Of a stretch of DNA of 59,589 nt, positions 7,724-15,204 are shown one piece after another (the first letter of the stretch is position 1; each line of letters begins with the position of its first letter). The notes beneath the pieces were generated by a model, which was not told where the DNA came from, searched no databases, and saw only the letters and a list, made by a program, of their open reading frames with translations. A program made the position numbers and the translations under genes. The DNA comes from a virus. The stretch is taken from positions 1 to 59,589 of IMG/VR virus record IMGVR_UViG_3300044463_000021; one strand, written 5' to 3'.

Positions 7724-9187
7724 TCAGCGCGCTTCGATCTCGACGAAAGGCGACAACGTGGGGCCGCCGTTCTGAGGTGTGATGGGGCTGGCGAGCCACG
7801 GACGGCCGTCGACGCGTTGGATGATGCGGTAGGCGGTCTGGTCGTTGCCGAAACGCCAGTCCGTCGAGGAACTCGCGGTCATGATCTGCCGGTCACCGAC
7901 CAGGTAATAGGCGAGATCGACAAAGGACAGGTCCGAACGGTCACCGAGACGGCCGGCCTTCTCCGACACGACCAGCGGACGGCCGAAGATGTTCACCGGC
8001 GCGGGACCGGTCACGTTCGTCAACATCACCGGACCGCCGCCGGTACCCACCGACAGCGCCATCGTGAACAGCTGCGGCAGAGCCTCCGGCGAGCAGATCC
8101 AGATCCCACGCGCGAGCGAAGACGGCAGCATGCGGGAGTACATCTTGATGACGTTCTCCAGCACGATCGTGTCCGCCGACTGGCTGGTCTCCTTGGTGAT
8201 CGCGATCGCGGCGTCGTTGGCCGCGCCGAGGAACCCCTTGGGCTCGCCGACACCGTTGCCGGCCATGAACGCAACATCCTCGAAGAAGGCCAACGCTTGC
8301 GGCCACAGCCTTTCCACCAGCGCCGAGAAGGAGATCAGCGAATCCTGCAGCAACTCGTTCGGAACCACCGACAGGCCGGTGAGCTTCTTGGCGTCGAGCT
8401 CCACCCGCCCAAACTTCGGGCTGGCGTCGGTGAGCGCCGCGCTCTCCTCACCCCAGTAGGCGATCATCCCGCCGACCACGGAGCCCACATTGGTCGTCGA
8501 GTCGATCATCGGGAACGGGACGCGTGCCGTCTCCATCGGCACCACCGTCGCCCGCGGACGGACAACCGACATCTCCAGCGCAATCTCCAAAAGCTGTGAG
8601 CGCAGCGTCTCCGGCACCAGGAAACCACCGTCAGACGGGACGACCGAGCTGTACGCGTTGCGAAGTTTCGCCATCTTCGACTGCAACGCTTCGTCGCTGT
8701 TGCGGTGCCACGACGCGTAGATGAACTCGCCGGCGGTGGCGAACTCCTTGTCCAATGCTGCGCCCGGGGCCTGCGGGTTGTGTGCGGTGGCCTGCTTGTG
8801 CGAGTTCAGCATCGACGCCGGCCGGTTAGCCGGGTTCAGGTTGAGACGCTTGATCCCGTCGCGGGAACCGTCCTGGTCGTTGTCCTTCAGAAAATTGGCG
8901 ATCCCACGCTGAATCTCGACCTGAAGGTCCTGCTGGACGTTCGGGCCCTGCTTCTCCTTGTACGCCTGGATCCAGCCACCAAGGCCGCCGCGGCCGTCGC
9001 CCGCGATCTGCGCGAACTTGATGTCGTCGGCCAGGATCTCGGCGAGTTCGTCGGCGTTCGCCGGGATCGGCACCCCGTTCTTGGGCGGAATCAGGGTGGC
9101 CTTGTTGCAGAAACGGCCGACCCGGTTGCGTGCTATGCCGAGCTGCCGCAGCCGTGCCGCCGCCCCAGGCATCAGTTTGGTGTTCAC
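7724..9187 (-). CDS. Major capsid protein, HK97 fold, with an N-terminal delta or scaffold-like domain (487 aa).
   Basis: The C-terminal ~300 aa read FLVPETLRSQLLE...VVRPRATVVPM...KLTGLSVVPNELLQDS...AFFEDVAFMAGNGVGEPKGFL, typical of the HK97 family. The gene follows the protease gene. Confidence 0.9.
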   Translation of the reverse strand: MNTKLMPGAAARLRQLGIARNRVGRFCNKATLIPPKNGVPIPANADELAEILADDIKFAQIAGDGRGGLGGWIQAYKEKQGPNVQQDLQVEIQRGIANFLKDNDQDGSRDGIKRLNLNPANRPASMLNSHKQATAHNPQAPGAALDKEFATAGEFIYASWHRNSDEALQSKMAKLRNAYSSVVPSDGGFLVPETLRSQLLEIALEMSVVRPRATVVPMETARVPFPMIDSTTNVGSVVGGMIAYWGEESAALTDASPKFGRVELDAKKLTGLSVVPNELLQDSLISFSALVERLWPQALAFFEDVAFMAGNGVGEPKGFLGAANDAAIAITKETSQSADTIVLENVIKMYSRMLPSSLARGIWICSPEALPQLFTMALSVGTGGGPVMLTNVTGPAPVNIFGRPLVVSEKAGRLGDRSDLSFVDLAYYLVGDRQIMTASSSTDWRFGNDQTAYRIIQRVDGRPWLASPITPQNGGPTLSPFVEIEAR

Positions 9188-10068
9188 TTACTTCCCTCTT
9201 TCAGTAGGGCAGACAGCACACTGTCGCCATTCGACGGTGTGGTGAGCAGCGAGCTCAGAATCGAGTCCACTGAAGTCGCAGTAGTCGCCTGCGCGGGTAC
9301 GAGCGCGGGTACGCGGGAAGGCCTCACCCGCGCACGGGCGGGCACAGTCACCGGCTTGGGTTGCGGTGCCGCCGCTTCCACCACCGGCACCGCCTCGGTC
9401 AGGTCCGGTGCGGGCGCATTCCTGCGCCCCGCATAGTTGAAAACGGACAGGTCCCAGGTGGCCTTGATGGTGCGCGAAGGCACCGCCACCTCGTCGGCCA
9501 GCCCCGCCTGGACAGCCTCTTCGGCCGAGTACCACGTTTCCGACCGCATCCGGTTGCGCCAGTCACCGACGGTTCCGCCCGCCCGTTCGGCGTAAAACCC
9601 GGCGATCGTGTCCGAGACGGTGTCCAACAGGTCGGCCTGCTTGCGCATGTCCGCTGCCGCGCCGACAGCCACCGTGTGCCCTTCGTGGATCATCATCTGT
9701 GAGCCGCGGGCCATGACAATCCCGCCCGTGTCGGTTGCCTTGTCGTACGGGTCGGCAGCCATAGCGATGACGCTCGCGATGGACGCCGCGACCCCATCGA
9801 CGGTGACCCGCACCTTGGCCCGGTGGTTCGCTATCGCGTTGTGGATGGCGATCCCGTCGAACACGTCACCACCCGGGCTGTTGATCCGCACGTCGATGCT
9901 CTTCGCATCCAACGTGCCAAGTTCTTTGCACAGGGCGTCGGCGGTGATACCCCACGCGCCGATCTCCGCATAGATGTGCACTTGGGCGGTGTCGGCCACA
10001 TTTTTGATGCCATACCACGACTGCGGTACAGGCTTGCGGGCACGCGGCAGCATGTTGTTACGCCTCAC
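9184..10068 (-). CDS. Prohead (capsid maturation) serine protease, ClpP/S14-like (294 aa).
   Basis: IDVRINSPGGDVFDGIAIHNAI...GVAASIASVIAMAAD...GSQMMIHE. An alternative ATG lies at 10053. Confidence 0.85.
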   Translation of the reverse strand: MRRNNMLPRARKPVPQSWYGIKNVADTAQVHIYAEIGAWGITADALCKELGTLDAKSIDVRINSPGGDVFDGIAIHNAIANHRAKVRVTVDGVAASIASVIAMAADPYDKATDTGGIVMARGSQMMIHEGHTVAVGAAADMRKQADLLDTVSDTIAGFYAERAGGTVGDWRNRMRSETWYSAEEAVQAGLADEVAVPSRTIKATWDLSVFNYAGRRNAPAPDLTEAVPVVEAAAPQPKPVTVPARARVRPSRVPALVPAQATTATSVDSILSSLLTTPSNGDSVLSALLKEGSK

Positions 10069-10211
10069 CGGCGTCCCCTTCGGTTGTTTTTGGCAGGGTT
10101 GTACTCGGGCTCAACCTCGACGGCGGCAGGCTCAACGGGTTCGGTATCGGCAGGCTCGGCCTGATCCTCAGCCCAAACGTATTTGCCACGGCGATACTCG
10201 TCAGCGTTCAC
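10065..10211 (-). CDS. Small acidic protein (48 aa), not in the ORF track.
   Basis: GTGA overlaps occur at both ends. Hand translation gives VNADEYRRGKYVWAEDQAEPADTEPVEPAAVEVEPEYNPAKNNRRGRR. Confidence 0.4.
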   Translation of the reverse strand: MNADEYRRGKYVWAEDQAEPADTEPVEPAAVEVEPEYNPAKNNRRGRR

Positions 10212-13200
10212 CGCGCGACCTCCACGTCGAGCACGTACGCCCCGCCCCAGTCGCCCTTGAGTTCTCCCCGGCCGTGCTGGGCCACGACCCGGAAGGTCAG
10301 ACCGCGGTCCAGCAGAATTTCCGACTCCTGCTGATCACGCTCTGTCCCTTTACGGTCAGCCATGCGGATCGCCGAGGTGCCCTCTGGGACCGTGATCCGC
10401 AGGACCGTTCCACCGAACCAAGAAGCATGTGCTGCGTCGGTAGTGGTGGAGACGAAGGCCTTGTCGGTGAACTCTTTGCCGACAAGGTTGCGTCGCTCGC
10501 CGATCGCCTCATCCGGCCTGACGCCGCCGATCCTTTCGGCACCGCGATACACAAGGATCGGCTCGGGCAGTGGACTTTCGGCCATCACCGCGTCGATTGC
10601 TTTGACGCGCGCTTTGGTCTCGGGCGTCATCTTCTCGGTGCCCCGCATTTGCGCGCTCATCTCGAACGAACCCGGGCGGCCAGATGCGGTTTCCGCCCTG
10701 TTGTCGCCCGCCCGATACCACAAGGCGTCAGCTCGGGGGTCCTTGGCCGCAGTTAGGGCATCCAGGCTGCGTGGCAGCACAGCCAGCGCGGCATCGCCGG
10801 TAACTGCATCAGGGCTAGTCCGCCGGTCCGTTTGCGTTTCGGCAGGCACAGCCTTCTTGCGCGGCTCCGCCTTCTTGCGTGGGGCACGTTTCGCCGGGGG
10901 CTTCGGTGCAGGCTCGGCCTCCGGAACGGCCACCACCTCAGGCACATCGGGCAGCTTCTTGCCCCGCCCAGGCCTGCCGTGCACCTTCTGGTCTGGGTGC
11001 CCTGGATGGTTATACAGCGCCTGCGGCAGTACGACCGCTGTATTCGACACGTCACCGGCCAGAGACCGGTCAGCCAACTCCTCCAACAAGTCTGCGAAAT
11101 CGGCGGCCTCGTCAAAGTCTTCGAGCAGCAGGACATCTGTCTCGGCCTCGTCGGGATTGCCCACCTTGTCGGATGGCCCAATCTCCACCAGCCCACTGGT
11201 CCACAGCAGCGCAGACAGCTCACCATGATCGCCGAGCGGTACGCGGCTTAGCTCGACATGCTCATCGCCCAGCTTCCACCCGGGAAGGGTGGTGGCCCGG
11301 AACCCATCCAGAACGCCAGCAAGCTGCTTCGCCTCTTGAGGGGGTAGGAAAAATCCGCCGTTGTCGAAGTCCAGGGTGATATCGCCGTCGCCAGCGATCG
11401 ACATCGACACCTCGCCGTAGGCGGTCTCCATCGACGCCTCACGCCGGTTCGCCTTCGCATGCCTGCGCTCGCGGAGGTCCTTCAACGCCTCCAACGCGGT
11501 TTCGGCCTCACCGTTGTCGTCTTCGTCCTCACCCATGTCCTTCGTGAGCTTCGACAGTTTGGCCATCAGGTCGTCCAGTTCGGACACCACCTGACCCGCA
11601 GACTTGGAAAACCGGCCACGACGGTCACGTTTATGCTGCGACTCGGTGAACTCCGCACGCGGCAGACCGGCACGATTCGCCAGCGGACGCCACACCACCG
11701 CCTGCGGGAGGCGAGGAGCAGCGTTCTCGATACCCGGCCACTCCTCATAAGAGCCGAACGTTTCGATCGCCTCAAACGCCTCGAATGCCGGATGCCGATA
11801 GTCGCCAGGCCACGCGACCTTCCAGCCACCGTCCACGGGGCCGAAACTCAACGTCTCCGACCCATAATTCGGATCGTCTGGTCCACCCGTTATCGCACCG
11901 TCCCGGTGGACCCGAACGCGGCCCAAGTTAGTGTCAACATCGATCGTGTCCACATCCGGGTACACGACGTCACCGTTGTCATCCTCACCGGCCTTGACGA
12001 AGGTCTCGAACTCGTCGAAGCCCTCCCAGACAACGTTCTGGGCGTTCCGGATCCGAGTCCATGACTTGCCGTCAAAGGCAGGCTCCACCACCGTGCCGTC
12101 AGCGGCGTTCAGCCTCAAGCCGACTTTGCGGTCATCGGTGGGGAACACATCCAAAGGCCCCGACGCCATCGCGACGCGTGACACACCCGCTGACCGGCGC
12201 ACCGACTGTGACAAGGCTCCGGCTTCAGCCCGCGAAAGTTTGATCTTCTCGTCGGAGTCGAGCAGCTCCAACTCAACGAGGCCTTCGCCGTCGTAGGAAA
12301 CCTCGGCGAACCCAGATGGCTGGCTACGGTCGCCGCCGTCGTCGGGATAGGAGTACACCGACTTCCGGTCGGCGTCGTAGTCCGGATCGGCCGCGCTCTC
12401 CAGCACCTCAGCCAGCTTCCACCGCGCACCATTGTCCAGCCCACCCGACTTGCCTGTACCGCCCGCATTGTTGGCCAAAGACAGCTGCAAACCGCCCTTG
12501 CCGACGGTTGCGGTGACAGTTCCGTTGGCGAACATGTGCTCCCGGTGGAAGGCAGGGATACCGCCGAACGCCGCCCATTTCCCGTCGTCGTCGCGGCGTT
12601 GGGTGGGGTCGTATTTGGCCAGGCGTTGCCGGGACTGCTGCACCCGCACCTGAAAAAACACCGTCCCAGCCAGGTTCGACACCGACGGAGCGGCCACCAG
12701 CAGCATGTCCACGAACACGCGGCCCTCATCCGGATCGTCGAGCTGAAGAACACCCTCACCATCTGGATCGTCAACCACATCCGGGTCACCGATCTGGAAG
12801 ACACCAGAACCACCGCGGGTGACCTTCAGCTCCCCGTCGGCTGTGGTGAACTCGCCAACCACAGCGTTGTAGTCATCCCAGGCAGGTGACTCGTACCACT
12901 CATTGAGCTGCTGATGCCACCACTGCGAATACTCCTCCCGTGTCGTGACCGACGCGGGCACCTCCCACTCGGGAAGCTCCGGAGACGCAACGACAGGCAG
13001 AGCCGCGAACTCGTTGATCGCAGCCGACACCTCCCGTGCCTGCTGTGGCGTGAACCGGACACTGCCCTCGTCCCAGTCGACGCCTATGTCACCGTCGGTG
13101 TACGTCGTGAAGGCCAACTCGCCGCTGGCGGAGTCCATGACCAGACCGCGGCCATCGTCTTCGGGCTCGTCCACGTTCAGGTCGTCGTCGTCCACATCGG

Positions 13201-14308
13201 ACGACTCCAACCCGCGCAGCTGATCCATCGCCCGGTCAAGTTCAGCCCGCTCGTCGTCGCCCAGCTTGCCGCGCAACGCCTCCAGCTTCTCCAGCACCGA
13301 ACCGAGGGCACCCGTTCGCGTAAACCGGCCCTTGCCGTCACGTTTGTGCAGGCTCTCGTTGAAGTCGGCGCGCAGCAACAGCGCCTGCGCCTGCTCGAAA
13401 CGCATCCCCATCAACTCGACGATGATCTCGTCCAGGTCGCGTACCTTCGTGCCGGACAGCCGCTGCCGCAATGCACGCAGCGTCGCCAACGCTGCTGCCA
13501 CGTCAGGCTCGACCTGCGCCCGCAGGCGTGCAGTATCAGCCGCATCCTTCTTGCCGTGCGTCAGCGGAATGTCTGTGACCTCACCAGCGAACGCCACCCG
13601 GATACGGTCGAAGGCAATCAGGCCGACCCGGTCGGTCAGCTCCTCCACCCGGCCCGCATCATCGGTGTACTCAAGCGTCAGGTGCGGAACGAAAGGCTTG
13701 TGTGGCTCGGGCAGGTCCGCGCCATAGTCCTCAACCGCCGTCTCGGCAGCGGCATGCGCTTTGACGATGTCGTCGCCGCCCAAGCCGAGCACGACACATG
13801 GCTCGTCGCCAGCGGGATTGAAGATCGCCACGTTGAACGCGTCAGCGGTGAACGGGCGCAGCTGCTCCGCATAGGCGCGCACCAGTTCGATCAGATGCTC
13901 GCGTGACTGGGCGCTGAAGTCCGCGCCTTTGCCCAGATAGCGCAGGGTGACGTGAAGCTCATCGGCTGGCTCACCACCCTCGACTGCCAGCCGTGTCGCA
14001 TCGGCGGCTGTTGGGACCAGTGCGATCATCGCACCCGTGTGCGCCTCGGCAGCAGCACGTGGCCGTGTCAGCACATCCGCACGGGCCAACACGCCGATAC
14101 CGGCAATCAACGCCAGCGCATCGGCCACAAAGGCGTCCTGCGCATCGCCAGCAGCATCCAGATCCGCGTGATGCTGGTTGTAATCGGAGCCATCCACGCG
14201 GCCTATCGGACTGAACGCTGAGCCCGCCGAGTGCACGTTCGCCAACGCCCACTTGGTGTGCAGCTGGCGAACAGCCCGCAGCCGCTCCTGCCTCGGAGTC
14301 AACGTCAT
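10208..14308 (-). CDS. Giant head-module multidomain protein (1366 aa) with a 2H phosphoesterase (LigT-like) domain and a C-terminal ADP-ribosyltransferase domain.
   Basis: H-x-T motifs ELHVTLRYLG and VPHLTLEY. ART triad LVYRGAE, FVSTTTD, QESEILLD. Repeated HKRDxxGRF-type motifs. The start was taken at the ATGA-coupled ATG 14308; the track ORF extends to 14362. Confidence 0.75.
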   Translation of the reverse strand: MTLTPRQERLRAVRQLHTKWALANVHSAGSAFSPIGRVDGSDYNQHHADLDAAGDAQDAFVADALALIAGIGVLARADVLTRPRAAAEAHTGAMIALVPTAADATRLAVEGGEPADELHVTLRYLGKGADFSAQSREHLIELVRAYAEQLRPFTADAFNVAIFNPAGDEPCVVLGLGGDDIVKAHAAAETAVEDYGADLPEPHKPFVPHLTLEYTDDAGRVEELTDRVGLIAFDRIRVAFAGEVTDIPLTHGKKDAADTARLRAQVEPDVAAALATLRALRQRLSGTKVRDLDEIIVELMGMRFEQAQALLLRADFNESLHKRDGKGRFTRTGALGSVLEKLEALRGKLGDDERAELDRAMDQLRGLESSDVDDDDLNVDEPEDDGRGLVMDSASGELAFTTYTDGDIGVDWDEGSVRFTPQQAREVSAAINEFAALPVVASPELPEWEVPASVTTREEYSQWWHQQLNEWYESPAWDDYNAVVGEFTTADGELKVTRGGSGVFQIGDPDVVDDPDGEGVLQLDDPDEGRVFVDMLLVAAPSVSNLAGTVFFQVRVQQSRQRLAKYDPTQRRDDDGKWAAFGGIPAFHREHMFANGTVTATVGKGGLQLSLANNAGGTGKSGGLDNGARWKLAEVLESAADPDYDADRKSVYSYPDDGGDRSQPSGFAEVSYDGEGLVELELLDSDEKIKLSRAEAGALSQSVRRSAGVSRVAMASGPLDVFPTDDRKVGLRLNAADGTVVEPAFDGKSWTRIRNAQNVVWEGFDEFETFVKAGEDDNGDVVYPDVDTIDVDTNLGRVRVHRDGAITGGPDDPNYGSETLSFGPVDGGWKVAWPGDYRHPAFEAFEAIETFGSYEEWPGIENAAPRLPQAVVWRPLANRAGLPRAEFTESQHKRDRRGRFSKSAGQVVSELDDLMAKLSKLTKDMGEDEDDNGEAETALEALKDLRERRHAKANRREASMETAYGEVSMSIAGDGDITLDFDNGGFFLPPQEAKQLAGVLDGFRATTLPGWKLGDEHVELSRVPLGDHGELSALLWTSGLVEIGPSDKVGNPDEAETDVLLLEDFDEAADFADLLEELADRSLAGDVSNTAVVLPQALYNHPGHPDQKVHGRPGRGKKLPDVPEVVAVPEAEPAPKPPAKRAPRKKAEPRKKAVPAETQTDRRTSPDAVTGDAALAVLPRSLDALTAAKDPRADALWYRAGDNRAETASGRPGSFEMSAQMRGTEKMTPETKARVKAIDAVMAESPLPEPILVYRGAERIGGVRPDEAIGERRNLVGKEFTDKAFVSTTTDAAHASWFGGTVLRITVPEGTSAIRMADRKGTERDQQESEILLDRGLTFRVVAQHGRGELKGDWGGAYVLDVEVAR

Positions 14309-15204
14309 GGAGAGGTCACCCCGCGCCAACTCGACCCCATCAAAATTGCCTTGCCGATCCACCAGTCATCCCGACCGGCGCCCGGCCAACGACCCACCTG
14401 GGAAATCTCAAACGGCGTCGGGTTTTCCGCATTACCCTCGGCGGCCGCGAACAGGCGCTCCGACAGTGCCTCGGCTGCCGCCAGCTGCTCCTCGCGGCGC
14501 TCCTGCCTTATCAGGTCAACGCGAAGCGGGTACTTCTCATCGGCGAGTGAGGCCTCACCGCTCAACGAGTCAATGGCCGCAAACGCGCGCTGGGCTACCT
14601 TGTCGAAGTCTCGCTCTGACGCCCAGTCATAGCCCTTACGTGCCCATGCGTAGCCGCCCACGTCAATGTTGGCGGTCAGCTCCACCCGCTCAATGCCGCT
14701 GTCGCGGTACCAGCGAAACAGGTGCTGGTTGAAACGTTCGGCAAAGCCCTGCCCCTGAACTGTCCGGTCCAGCTCGAGCAGCGTGTGTTCAACCGAGATC
14801 CCGTCTGTTTCGTCAGCCGTGACGGTGCGAACGAAATGGCCAACCTTATTGCCGTCGCCGTCGCGAACACTTCCGCTGATCTTCGTTTCGCCGTCGGACA
14901 CCGCGATGGCTACATCCGATGTGGACAGGTCGCCAAATGTGCCCGTGAAGCCCTCTACTATCGCGGCTCTTACGTCGGCGTCTAGATCGTCGGAATCATC
15001 GCCGAATTCGGGCTGGCCAAGGAACTTGCCGACATTGGCAATAGCGTCGTAGACGCTTATGCCAAAGTCTTTGGCGAACTTGCCGTCGTCGTCGCGTTTC
15101 TGGCCTGGATCAAACTTCGCGATCGTCGGTCGCAGCAGCGTTTCTGCTCGGGCCAGCACGGCCGCCGACTCCCGCGCGCGCGCAAACAACGTTGGGGTCG
15201 TCAT
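14305..15204 (-). CDS. Head-module protein (299 aa) with a KRDDDGKF motif and a GNAT-like acetyltransferase core.
   Basis: ATG at 15204 overlaps the portal stop. FDPGQKRDDDGKFAKDFG. LELDRTVQGQGFAERFNQHLFRWYRDSGIERVELTANIDVGGYAWARKGYDW resembles GNAT motif A. Confidence 0.45.
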   Translation of the reverse strand: MTTPTLFARARESAAVLARAETLLRPTIAKFDPGQKRDDDGKFAKDFGISVYDAIANVGKFLGQPEFGDDSDDLDADVRAAIVEGFTGTFGDLSTSDVAIAVSDGETKISGSVRDGDGNKVGHFVRTVTADETDGISVEHTLLELDRTVQGQGFAERFNQHLFRWYRDSGIERVELTANIDVGGYAWARKGYDWASERDFDKVAQRAFAAIDSLSGEASLADEKYPLRVDLIRQERREEQLAAAEALSERLFAAAEGNAENPTPFEISQVGRWPGAGRDDWWIGKAILMGSSWRGVTSP

